A DNA stretch of 61,255 nt, counting the filler, from Dugesia japonica (lineage: Eukaryota): assembly GCA_001938525.1 (NCBI GenBank). It is 5 parts of 5 records of this genome, joined end to end, with 100 filler letters (N's around TTAATTAATTAA, not from the genome) between each part and the next. Parts side by side here need not be neighbours in the genome. Positions count along the whole stretch, not along the records: positions 33,040 to 49,589 come from MQRL01647636.1; positions 49,690 to 61,255 come from MQRL01376551.1; 3 more parts are not named here. One strand, given 5' to 3'. A model generated the notes under the pieces. The model searched no databases. It worked only from the letters and a program-made list of their open reading frames with translations, and was not told the origin of the DNA. The position numbers and the translations under genes were made by a program. Below, one piece after another: positions 39,045 to 51,970 of this stretch (the first letter of the stretch is position 1; each line of letters starts with the position of its first letter).

Positions 39045-41776
39045 GTAATGTGTGGTGCTCATATGGTTTGCTTGTGTTCTTATCTATCCACACTCTTTTA
39101 TCGTCATATATTATATTATTTGTAAGTTCTAAGTTTAAACTCATAAACTATATACCTGATGGTTTATAGTCCGTATTCTGAATTGATTAACTAACAATCT
39201 CTTATTTTCGTTGTAACAATCGCGATATGACTAGTGTTAACTTGCTATCTTTTATTCCTTTAGCTTTCATTGATTCCTTTTCACTAAGAAGGCTATAGCA
39301 TTTTGGTCTAAGAAAAACTCATTCAACATATTTCTTACCTTTATTCTCATCTTTAAATCTGCCTACTACCAAATTCCACTCGTTACTGAACATTAGTCAT
39401 AAGTCTTTTAGCTGAGTTAGACAACCTTAAATTTAACCTTTTCTTTAAATTTTCCACTATTATTCAAGACTATTAGACTATTATTCAACAGCCTATACTA
39501 GTTTTTATCCAAATTCGATCTACTCTCTGATCGTAATTTTGTGTTCTCTTCAATGTAATTCTTAAAGATATAAACTTGATTGAATTTCACAGCCCAATGT
39601 ATTTTTGTAACATGTAAACATATTTGTAGTAGCCTCCAGTGTACCACATAATTTAGTTTTGGATAATGTATCAGCAATAAATTATTCACCTTTGATCCAG
39701 GAGAATTTTGATGTTCAGCTGCCACAGGTAAATCACTCAAATAATCATGTAATTCGTTCGGAATTACTATATCCACTTCCATAGAAAAACCATAAGATAG
39801 CGAATCCAAATCCAATGTTCTGCATTCTTCTAATATTGCATCCAATCCAAAATATATCCACTTAAAGTTTTTATAGGGCAATTTTTGACTTAAACCCTAC
39901 CCATATAAGTTACTAATATCAATATATAGAAGCTTGGTGTTTTCATTACTTTCGACATAATGTTTGTTAACATATGTAGGCCCTCCTCTAATTCCCCCTT
40001 CGAATAATGTATACATGTAATTATCCGTTAATAATTCTATTGGTTCTTTAAGAGTCATCAATGCAGATGCCCACGACATGCCTGGTATACCAATAGTTCC
40101 AACTTATTGTGAGCTATAGACTTGGCTCAAAATTTTTGAATGAAATCTGCCAACAAAAATACATCAAGCTTAAGATAAACCATCATACAATCCAGCATAC
40201 AATTAACAATCTCTCACATTCGAACCACTTTAACATTATGTTCTTCATTTACTCCATCCTATCTCGGTGGCATTGACGTTGTTTCTATTGAAACATCTAA
40301 GCTTGTGGCAAAATTATATGGAAAAATCCTTTTTGATTTTTTTTATGATCATTATTAAACTCTTTTTTTGTCGAAGGAGTTGACTTGACGGTAGCAACTA
40401 ACGATGAATTAATGAACTGGTACGAGTCAATGAATTTTTTTGTTGTTTTCTATTCATGACCAGTAAGACATGAGAATTTCTCAGTTGTTAAAAAATACAT
40501 GAGATATTCCATTTTGGGAAGTGTAATGGTAATTGTCACTGGTTTTAAGCAACAAGAGATTATTGTTATGTCCGTCTTCTACTTTTGACCGGTGAATATA
40601 CAAGTTAGAATGCTTCATGGCTATATCATCATTATCTTCAACTAATTGTGACTTCCAGAAGAAGACATTGATGACATATCCTGGATTTTGATTCTCAAAT
40701 TTCTGGAAATTGACCAGCTTTATAGGCATATCCAACTCATCAAATATCCACTCTGAAATATAATCTTTATATATTGTGACTTGATATCGATTTTCTTTAA
40801 TTTCATCTTGCTTAAAAACTGCAAGAATGTTATAAATAAAACACAAGTTGACATTATTCTTAATATTAACTATAGCTTGCTTTCTGACAAGGTTTTTAGG
40901 AGTAGGAATATGACTACTTCCAGAAAGTTTACTAATATTACTGACCTTTGTAATTTTAAAGTTTATTTCTAGAATACGGCTAAGAATCCAGTTACTACCT
41001 AATTCACACGTTACTACAATCTTCTCATTTAAATTTCTTATACCTTCCTGGAAAAATGTATCCCTCAATTTGATATCATACAGGTTTTAATATCTACGTC
41101 ACAAATAAATTCTACACTGATTCCAAATTGAATCTTTACTTCCTTTAGTTCTTTAATTATTTTAACAATCTCTTTATTAATACTTCTGACAATACTATTT
41201 CCCTACTAATACGATGAGATACATCTAACTTAAGAATCTGATGAGACCTATACAAATCTGTTTCAATAGTAAATTCATCTAATGATCCACAAACTTGTAC
41301 TCCTCTTAAAAACTCTTCCTCTTCTTCAAATTATTTTTCGAAAATTTTGTCGTCTTCATCTATTCTATCATAATTCCATCCATTTTTATCCAAATAGTTC
41401 TTAAAAACTATATCTTCTTCTTCATCACCCATTTCTACTTTAACATTGTTTTCCACATTTTCAGTAATATTAACTATTTATTTATCAATTACTAATGGTT
41501 CATCAATTACTAATGGTTCTTATCTTACTCTCTTAGTTAGTGGAGCACCTATCAGTCTTTGGAAGTATGTATTTTAATAATAGTCGTTTTTTAATCGTTT
41601 CGAATTGATTAATGTCGTGTGAATGCTTCTTATAAAAACACTTAATGTTTTGCATGTAGGACATTTGTGGTACTTTGTCCCAGAGAATTTCATACCTTAA
41701 AATGTCTCCATAGTCTTACGGAATTCTGCTTTGTGGACATAACTCGCACAATAAGGTTTATATTGTGTGCATGTTG
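39045..41776 (-). pseudogene. Protein-primed DNA polymerase B (Polinton/Maverick-type), most complete copy, with internal deletions
   Basis: GSNWILSRI, SGSSHIPTPKNL..KQAIVNIKN..NLCFIY, FIDSYQFINSSL, FPYNF, YLKLDVFLLAD, EGGIRGG, LLYIDISNLYG (motif A), YRLLNNSL (motif B), GRFKDE, FLRPKCYS, KAKGI, DDKRVWIDKNTSKPY; motif C region deleted. Confidence 0.9.
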
Positions 41777-42744
41777 CTAAAGAAAAAAGCATTTTTATAT
41801 AAGGTAAAACATAATATTAAATAAAATTTATTAAATGTGATATATTACTATTAAAGATTATAAAAATATTATTATTAAAAATGTGATAATTATTATCAAA
41901 ATAAAATTAAATATAAAAGTCATTATTTTTTATGTATATTATTATTATTTTTATTATTATTATGGTTATTAAGGATTAGAAAAGAAAAGAAAAGGTTAGA
42001 AAATGTAATGACCTAATTGGATACAGTGATAAAAAATGGCATCATTACATAATGCATTAGAATTCAATTTATTATAATCTACAATAGTTTTAAAATTGTA
42101 ATTTATTTTTTTAACTAATCTTTTTATTTTATTTTATTATTTAAAATATTCAAAAAGCAAATAAGGGAGCATGTTGTTGAAGAATTGACAAATGTTACTA
42201 ATTGAACTAATGGATAAGCATAAACGGCTGTGTAATGATCACAACAGAACAATCTAAGTATCAGTATAAGTCTAATCAAAATAAAAAAGATACGAAAAAA
42301 TATTCATTTCAAAATAAAATTTTGTTATAAATATTTTTATCAAAAGTGTTATTATGATAAATATTATTATTATTATTATTATGCAAATAAGATTCTTATT
42401 ATCAAAAATAAATATTATCATTATTATCAAAATAATAATTACTATTATTATCATAAAAATATGATTAATATTGATAAAAAGGAAATTATTATTATTTATA
42501 ATATTATTTTTAAATATGATTATTATTATCAAACGTATTCATATAATCATCAAAGGTTTCTCAATTATCAAATATTATTAAAAATAAAGTTATCAAAATA
42601 TACTTATTATTATCAATTATCACAATATAGTTATCAAAAAGACTTGAAAAATCTATAAAACTAAATATGACACATAAAAACTAATAAAATGAAAAGAAAT
42701 CATTAAAATTAAATTCGTCACATTTAAAATTAATAAAAACTAAC

Positions 42745-43027
42745 GTGGTGTGTTTATCTCCAACATATCTAAGGAAGACATTTGAGCATCATTTCTATTC
42801 ATTATCTCTATATTAGCAAAATTTATAGGCATCAAAGTAGTGTCATTTCTATTCATAATCGTCATATTCTCATTAAAATTCATTTGGATAGCTTCATCAT
42901 TTCTAGTCATAATCTATATATAATTATAAAATTTATAAATAAAATATGAGTAAATTACGTTGTTATTCTTAATCTCGTTCCTAACTGTCTTCATTGTTGA
43001 ATTGTTGATATTATTTTTGTTGATCAT
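42745..43027 (-). CDS. Spliced N/M-rich repeat exons (43027-42959, 42913-42745), phase-compatible with the acceptor at 41776 upstream of pPolB
   Basis: MINKNNINNSTMKTVRNEIKNNN|IMTRND..IMNRND..IMNRND..INTP|; canonical GT..AG introns, a 5'-UTR intron (GTAAGT..ACAG), and TATATAAA at ~43184. Confidence 0.55.
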
Positions 43028-45929
43028 TGTACTGTAATATAAATTTAAAAACAATAAAAAATAGTTAACAAAAACTTACGTTTATTTGTAAATTGACAAA
43101 GTGAAATAATTTAAAACGTAATTAATTTTATTCAAATGTGTGTAAATTAGTCAGAATGTATGATATTACATAATCATTTATATACGAATCACTATGTAGA
43201 AACTCCCCATGCTAAATATCAAGACTTCTCCATCTCATACATTAATATAAAGTCTGCTCAAAAATAAGTTTTAATTTCCCATGCAAAAATAAATTTTTCG
43301 ACATGAAATATTTTTTTGAATTTCTCACCAGAAAAAAATATCAAGACTCCCCTCTTCTCGGTATAAAAAATATTAAAAAATAAATCTTCCTTGTTTAAAA
43401 ATACTCAAAAAATATTGAAAAATACATTATTTTTAGAAAAATATCATTACTTTCTTCTAAATCATTATTTTAAGCAAAATACAGCATTTTTAACCAAAAT
43501 AAAGATTTCAAAAGATTATGACGTCATACATGACTGCCCCAAAAATTTAAAATAAATCTTAAAAAATCTGATAATCAATTTTATTTCCACACATACCTTT
43601 GAACACCTCCCCAAAATTTTTTTTAACACACTTCTACAACTTACAAAAATTAACCAATCAAATTCAAGCCCTTAAACTACAAAATCTTCTCCATCACATT
43701 ACCTCTCAAACAACACATCAACCAACAAATCCCAATAACCACATACAAACCTACAGCCTCCCAACAAACACCCCCACAATAACTCATACGACCGATCTGT
43801 TGCGCTACCACACTTCTAGCAAAATCTATCCATCCAACTCCATAAGTCCTTTAGACAATATATAGAACAAAATTTTGTCCAACAACAACGAAATCTTAAA
43901 AACTCCAAAAAAATATTTTCAAAATCTCCAGCTCCTCCTCGAGTCCAAAACAATTCTTTAACACACACACAAACTCAACTTGACATACTTTTTTAAAAAG
44001 CACCTTAACAACTTAAACTCACATTTATAATAAATATAAATATAAATAATAATTAATAAATAATGGGTAATGTAATAAAAGAATTAACTAGAATACAGAT
44101 CTGAAAGAAGCAAAGGCCTTCAAAAGATTTAAAGAGTCTTCGGCTCCAAAATAATATAAATCTTATTAATAGTGTTAACCTCAATTAGCTGCTTGTAATG
44201 TGATGTTAGATAGGTTTCTTGATGAAGTTGAAAATGATAATAAGTTGGTTACAAAGTCACCTATTACATTTTTATTATTAATAAATGACTACTAATAAAG
44301 TTTCTTATGATGTGGTAGCTTTGGTCCCCGATGAAGATACACTTCCAATATGAAGAAATAATTCTAGTAAATTTAAACATAAAATATTACCACCTCAATT
44401 TTGATTATTAATTATTGGTTATTAATTAATTATTAATAATTAATTATGAATTAATTATTAATTAATTATGAAACCAATATTTTCATAATAAACCCAATAC
44501 TTTCAATTATGAGACCATAACTTTATACATTAAATCTAATATTTTTAATTATGAGATCTGTATTTTATTAATTGTATTAATAATAATTGACACTTGGATA
44601 AAAAATAACAATTAAATAACAAATCTTTGAAATAAACCAATAAATATACAAACCTTTTTTATATAAAACGATTGATTATATTTCTTAGCTTTAATCTTGC
44701 ACATCAGTCACATCTATTTGAACATTGGTTTGTATCATATAAGTACGTTTTGATTATTATATGAACATTGATTGTCAAGTACTGCTTGATTTTGTACCAG
44801 TATACTTCTGGATCCCAATATACTGATTCATTCTTAAGATTTGGGAGCTGTTCGTTTAATATTTCGAGAATTATTTATAAAAACAATGATTAATTCAATT
44901 ACATTAATTATTACTTTTTTCTAATACATACTTATCTTCAATAAATTCTTCTATTTCTTTTCCTTCAATTGTTTCAATAACTTTATCATCTGAAATTTCT
45001 TCAGAATCGTCATATTCAGTATAATCATCATTATTCTATTTTAAAACCATATCATCAGAACATGTTGACTATAACCATTTCTTTTCTTCATCATTATAAT
45101 TCGACCATGTTTCCTGTTGTACTTCGAATTTTTCTTGAGTGAAATAATTCATTTTCTGAAATAATACTAATTTAATTTAGTTTATATTCGTTCCATATAA
45201 TTAAATTTAATTAATAGAAGTTTATCTTGTTAATTACAGAAAAACTATTAAATAAACTAGAGTAAGTAATGTAATACTTTTATAATTTAATTTAAATGAA
45301 ACTTTATTCGTTTTGTTTAAATTCTCTGTTTGCATGAACTTAAAAATATTCAAATTTATTTGAACAGTAATAATAAAATAATAATAATAAAGAATAATAA
45401 TAATCAAACCTTTTGTAATGCCACTCTTCTAATTGCTATCTTTAGACTCATTGTTTATGTATAAAATTTAGGCCTAAATAATAATAATAATAATAATAAT
45501 GATAATATATGATTAGATCAATTACCCAACACAAGACAAATAAATAAATTTTACTCAACACATCACATATATTTTTATATATTTAGGTTGTTTTGAATAT
45601 ACATGTATTGAGTTATAAATCATAAATAATAATAATTAAAATAGGAAGAAGAAATAATATTTAATAATTAATTAATTAATAAAAATTTTGAAATTATTTT
45701 AAATTAATTTTTTTTGTAATTGTAAAGCTATTTAAGTAATAAAATTACTATTATAAAATTTTTAAAACATTGAAATAACTATATTTACATTAAAATAATT
45801 TAGTTTTTATTAAAATAATTCAAAAGTCATACATATAATTTAAATTACAAAATTTATTTCAAATCATATTGTATCTTTCATTGATCATAATTGGTCTGGA
45901 TTCTATTAACAGTCTAAAATTAAATACAA

Positions 45930-46253
45930 TAATTATAAAACTGTAGGTATAAAATTTAGGTAGACTTAATAAATCTAATGCTATTGGTAGTAATGTTGCT
46001 ATAAAGTCACCATCTTGTTTATACAAAACGTCCTTCATTAATCTGTTGTTCTTAGTCTTTCCAAGTGCTAACAATGTCTTTTTATGTTTTTTAAAAGTTT
46101 TTGATCTCTCTTCGATTAAAATTACATTACCACGAACAATTATTATAATAATCTCTAACAAATGATGGAAATGATTGCAGAATTTTTATTCTCATCTTAG
46201 TTGGTGATTTTGTCAATGCTTTAAAAAATGAAAGACTTTTTTCTACATTCATT
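45930..46253 (-). pseudogene. Small basic Polinton/Maverick-type protein, copy 2
   Basis: MNVEKSLSFFKALTKSPTKMRIKILQSFPSF/LEIIIIIVRGNVIL..TFKKHKKTLLAL..KDVLYKQDGDFIATLLPIALDLL; paralog of 4680-4988. Confidence 0.55.
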
Positions 46254-46844
46254 TTCAGTTAAAAAGATTTAATAAAATTGTTTATACCATATTCAATGTC
46301 TATTGTTTAATTTTCCTCAGAGGAGTTACTTGATGTTTTATAGTTTTTATGTGACTTTATCGTTTACCCTTATTTAGTTATATCTAGCTATATTTACTCC
46401 TATTTAGCCATATTTTCTCTATTTTCTATTAGGTTTTAATGCATAATTTCCCTTCATATTTTCATAGACCTCACTTCAATAAAAGTGTATTGTATTAATT
46501 AAAGAAGACAATAAGACTAAGTGAGATCTAATATGATATGCTTATTTTCTAAACTAATATAACTATTTCAGTATATTTTTATCATCTGATTATCCTTTTG
46601 CTTCTTTGCTTGCTCTTTGGTTCCCTGATTGCACATTGCCTTCTTTGCTTGCTCATTAGTTTTCACGGGTTACTTTTTCTTTTAAATATCTAATATTTAC
46701 ATTATTAAAGAATAATAGTTCAATATAAAAAATATTGATCTCATCATTGAAAATATTAGTTTCAATAGACAAAATTAAAGTTTCATCATTAAAAACATCG
46801 AATTTATCGATTATATAATTTCTATCCATAGTCATTTAATTTGC

Positions 46845-46910
46845 TTAATTTGTACTTAATTTGTACTTAATTTAGGCTTAATTTGTACTTTATTTGTGCT
46901 TAATTGTATT
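46845..46910 (+). repeat. 11-bp minisatellite (TAATTTGTACT)n
   Basis: About five imperfect tandem copies. Confidence 0.7.
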
Positions 46911-46989
46911 AATTAAAATTATCAGAGAATTATTGACTAATTAATATTGTCTAATGTCATCAAAGAAATGCAACATCTTTACTGTATGC

Positions 46990-48480
46990 ATATTCAAATA
47001 CTTTACCACTACTCCTAAAAACGTGAGAAACCTTCCAAGTGGATGAAATTGAAAACAAAAACTTGAGTTCGTCGCTAAAGATCCGTGTTTAGTGGTTTTA
47101 AATAGAAAACTTGGCTGTTCTGTTTGCAAAGATGTGGGGTCTTTGAGCACTGTAAAACAACAAAGTTTAATAGATTTTAATATTTCTTCTAATGGACTAA
47201 CAATTATTCAGAATCAAACATCATTGAGAAAATTAATCTTCGATCACCAAAAATCTGCTGGACAAGCAGAAATAGTTGTTGTTTCTACGCGGGATAAAAA
47301 TATAATGGCAGAGGTTCTAGCAGATATGCATAGAAAATAATTCATTTTTACAGAACGAATTTTTCGTACAGTTTATAAACCAGCCAAGTTGAACCATCAA
47401 TCTTATAAGTTCCATATGGAAGTTGATGTACAAATTCTCAATGGCGTCGATACGGGAAAAATTTTACATTCAAATGTTCCTTGCACAAATATTTTAATGC
47501 ACATTTCTGAACAAATAAAAGAACTTTTTTAAAGAGAATAGTTGATAGTAAGCCAAAATTTGGAACTATTTTAGATGAATCAACTTATCTTAGCAATAAT
47601 TCATGTCTTATTGTATATATTCGAGTTTAGTTAATAAATATGACACATCCAGAAAACTTGTTTTTCAGTTTGATTGAATTGAATAGACAAAATGCTGAAT
47701 GGATATTTACCACTCTATAAGCCGAATTAAATATCCTTGAACTAACTGAAGCTATTTTAAAAGAGTGTCTTGTTTTCTTAACTTGCGATGGTGCTGCTGT
47801 TATGCTGGGACGTAAATCAGTAATTGCTAAATTGCTTTTGGAGAAGTACCCGAATTCTATAATTTGACATTGTTTTGCACCACATACGAGAATGAAAAGT
47901 ATGTTTGCAATCCCTTGATCAGGTTATGTTGAAAATTGGACTTATTTTAGTCGTTTTTTGGGTTTCATCCTTCTAGAGAACCGTAAAAGCACTTTAAGAG
48001 GATTATCTTGCTTTATTTAAGCATTTTTCTGAAGCTTCAAAAGATGAAAGAACAGAAGAATACGAAAAGGCTAAATTTCGGGTATTATATTTGAAAATAA
48101 CATAAACTGCTTTTGATCAGATTCTTGGATTTATGTATGATGTCATGACAGAGTTATTGAGTTTATCTTTAAAACTGAAAGAAAGATAATCTACAATAAT
48201 TACAGCTCATCAGGAAATATGTTTGCAAGTTCGTATTTTTGAATTTACGATAGATCAACCAGAAACGCATTTTTCCGAAGCAAAAGTAGTAGTACAAAAG
48301 AAAGTCTTTTGAGGCGTTGAACTTGTAATTAGTAATAAACAGAAGTTATCATATCTAGTGGCTACGGTATAGCGAAGAAGAGTTCTGTTTGTTGTCACAA
48401 ATAATTTATTTAAATCAAGAAACTTCAATGAGAGCTTTTTGAACATTCATAGATACGACTGGCAGTGAAATTCGTACAAA
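46990..48480 (+). mobile_element. hAT transposase (KIAA1586-like) pseudogene
   Basis: KLGCSVCK, SLRKLIFDH, TERIFRTVY, NGVDTGKILHS, ILDEST..CLIVYIR, FSLIEL, TCDGAAVMLGRKS, I*HCFA. Confidence 0.85.
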
Positions 48481-49589
48481 TTTAAATCAGATTTTTACAG
48501 CAATATCTACAATAGTAATTTGTTGCCTAATTTCATTTTGATATATGTTATAAATCTATGTTTTATGACTGGTATAATGTTTATTCTGTAATCTTTGAAG
48601 ATGTAAGAGAAATGGTTTGGGTCATTGATGCATCACCGACGTGCCATTTTATTTAAAATACCTCAAATGTGCGATTATTTAAACAATTTTTAAATTATGT
48701 GATTTTTAATTAATATTGATTAATTTAAATTACTATAAATATCAAAAAACCTTAAAACATGATTATCTCAAAAACCAGACGTGATGGACTATTTAACGTA
48801 TACATTTTTGTGATCAACGTATCGAGATGCATAATAAAATGTTTATGTGACCTCAGAAAAATTTGAACCCCGAACAGTGTTATTTTGGGGTCAGATTATT
48901 TGATCTGTTTAATTTATTAAAGATTGAAATGTTTCTATTATTTACAGGTCCACAAAAATATCAAATTTAAACTTTTACAATCTAGATAGTAAACAATTCT
49001 GTGACTAACGACAAAGCATATTAAAATGTGGTTTTAATCGTGACAATTACATTATAAAGATAAAAAATTAAAATATTAAATATAATTTGAATATTTAATA
49101 ATCAAACAAAATAATTTATTTTTAATATAGAGAATTTTTTCATTAACGGTTCAATCAATTCTGTCATTCATGTTATTTGTGCGCGCGCGTGTTTGTACGC
49201 AAGTGATAATATCACTGTTCCACGAAATAGTTCCCCATTTTACGACAATTCATATTTCTGGCATTCATTTTTCATTATTCACCAGTTGATTTGAAATGAA
49301 ACTGTTTAAATTGTTATCTTTTATTTCTCTTTCCAATCGAATTACATGTTTTCCAGTGCCAAAAACTGTATAATTAAGATCCATTTAATTTAATGTTTTG
49401 TCTGACATTATTTTTCAAATTCAATCAATGAAATCTGTAGTTTTAGAAAATTTACTGAATTTAATTCCATTTATTTACAGTGATTATGTATAATAACTCC
49501 GATAATCTTAAAATATCAGTTGAAAATCTATATTTTAAAATATTTTTAATATGTTTTAAGTACTTATTTCCAAGCAAAATAATTAAATA

Positions 49590-49689
49590 NNNNNNNNNNN
49601 NNNNNNNNNNNNNNNNNNNNNNNNNNNNNNNNNTTAATTAATTAANNNNNNNNNNNNNNNNNNNNNNNNNNNNNNNNNNNNNNNNNNNN
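49590..49689. other. Artificial contig spacer
   Basis: 44N-TTAATTAATTAA-44N. Confidence 0.97.
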
Positions 49690-49889
49690 AAACCATTTTC
49701 ATTAATTGAAACAAAAAAAGTTTAATTATTAAAACAAAAAAGTCCATTAATTAAAACAAAAATAAACAATTAAAAACAAATTCCCTCCTAAAAAAAAGGT
49801 AAAAAAAGATTAAAAAGAAGATAAAAAAGATAAAAATAAAGATTAAAAAAAGTGATCTGATCTGATAACTGCTTAAAGAAATTGCCACC

Positions 49890-51250
49890 ATGAGCTACTA
49901 TCCCCCTACTGCCGTTGAACGCATATACCATGATACTATCCTTATTCCTTTTCCACCTTTCTCAAAAATAAAANNNNNNNNNNNNNNNNNNNNNNNNNNN
50001 NNNNNNNNNNNNNNNNNNNNNNNNNNNNNNNNNNNNNNCGTTCTTACAGCTGAGGATATTCAAGTCATGTCAACGTTTGTAGATATTAAAGTAGTTTTAG
50101 ACATGTATATGAGTCCTCAAGTAGTTGAAATTACTATACAAAATTATTAAGGAATGACATTGCTCGATAAGAAAGTATGTGAACGTGAAAAAATCAAACA
50201 TTTTAACCAACAAACAACTAGTTATGACAATACCTCAATTATCAACTTACCAGACGAGTACCCAATTATCAGTAAAGCTCGACTGATGCTCTACGGAAAG
50301 ATAGTCATTGGTTCTGACATAGGAAAAAAATTATACAATCTGTATATAGATTATAGTTACATTATTCGATTTAGAGACCTGGCAGAAGACAAATGACATA
50401 AAGAATATGTGAAAAATAACAAATTCGTTAAACAAAGATTCGACACTCTTGCCCTAGCAGTAATCCGTTCTATACAATTCCAATCATCCATGCGGAAGCT
50501 ATTGAATGATATAAAAGCGACCAATATTCCGACTACCCGTGTAAAGATTCAATGGATACGAAAATTTTATATGTTCCTAATGGAAAATGGTAAATGGCAA
50601 GACACCATACATTCAACAGAAAAATATCACTTCGATCCACAGATGGATATTTTAGAACCTGCTGAAATCGTCCCAAAAAGATAATTGGACACACCAAATG
50701 CTTCCATATGAAAAATAGGTTTCGATATGAGTCAAACATATACCGTTGATCTGGATGACGAGGAAAACAATGAATGCAATGACCCAGAAGACGATAAAAC
50801 CGAGCACATATCAGAAATTGCTGAAATAGCGAAACCGATGTGATACATTTGGATTTTGAAAACGATGGAGAAGTGATATGTAAAAATAATCGCTAGAAGA
50901 AGTCCGCAAAAACCAAATATTCATACCTTATTATTCCGACGCAGAACATTCTAGCGAGTCAGAATTCGGACCCGAACCTGATATATACATACGTGACATC
51001 GAGGATGGCGATACCTCATTTGACTTATCTAGTTTTGCTAAGCACAAACGTAAAAATACCACAATATTAATGCCTAAGAATTTAGATAGGGATATCATCC
51101 TCACCTTTAGTAATAAAAAGGTACAAGTGCGAGATGTCAATAACAAACTTTAATTTGTCAATCAAAATACCCTATATGAAAACATCACTTTCACCGACGG
51201 CAAAAACGAAATATCCCTCTGCACTAATCCCAAAAGAAACAATAATATAT
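49890..51250 (+). pseudogene. Long intronless orphan ORF broken by stops and frameshifts, with an acidic C-terminal part
   Basis: ORFs at 49890, 50154 and 50409 share one frame separated by single stops; start context GCCACCATG; continues as DLDDEENNE.. and SSESEFGPEPDIY.. Confidence 0.5.
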
Positions 51251-51322
51251 TATCTTTATGTATATTATTTACTTGTATATATTATTCTGCTAATACATGA
51301 TTAATGAATTATTTTTGTAGAT

Positions 51323-51970
51323 ATGGATTCTATCCCAACTGAACAACACATTTTTCTACATAACACATGCAAAATCCTATTATATGACAGACAACGCACC
51401 CTAAAATACCCCCTAACATATGGGTGGAACGACGTCGCCAAAATTATTTATTATACAGATGAGACACTTTCTTGCCCCATTTGTTTTGATTACCCTTTAC
51501 TCTCCAGAATTATCACAATTATTATTTTTGTCTAAATTATATCAACAAAACACTCAGTTTTTCAACTAGATCTACGATCTATTGTCCAGTATGTCGCTCA
51601 TGCATAGTAGATACATTTATCCCTAAGCGTGTATGTTTTATTACACAAAACACCCCAGCAATAGGTTACATCCTCACCTTCCTTCTCAACGTCAAAGTCC
51701 CATATAACAACAGCATTAAAATAGCCCACCATTTACCTCTCTTCCATCAAAGTGACATTCCCGAATTTGGCGATCTTGTTGGAAAATACAACAATATGAC
51801 AATTCAAAGAGATACGGTATCCATCAGCAATATACACATTGACCTGCACACCATAAAAGCCCTCAGTTACCCTAGAAAGGAAAAGGACGACATCGTCATA
51901 CATTTAAATGCGGAGATCAAAAGATTTAACAACCGTATCCGAATCCAAGAGCACTTCGAATGCATAAGTA
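51323..51970 (+). pseudogene. RNF10/Mag2-like RING-finger E3 ligase pseudogene
   Basis: EQHIFLHNTCKILL..WNDVAKI..CPICFDYPLLSRI../CPVCRSCI..PKRV.F..IG..LTFLL follows the RNF10 layout (FLQAN.QF, W..V, CPICL.PP, CP.C, V, GD.IT); the central CGH..C..C is deleted. Confidence 0.6.

Noticed and set aside
42272-42658. ORFs of 86 and 65 aa rich in I/N/Y
   Set aside because: They are translations of (ATT)n-like low-complexity DNA.
43599-43865. 88-aa T/H/N/Q-rich ORF
   Set aside because: It is a by-product of the C/A skew; not credible as a gene.
44060-44300. Weak similarity (KAFK, LDEV.N) to minus-strand 56400-56720
   Set aside because: The matches are too short to distinguish from chance.
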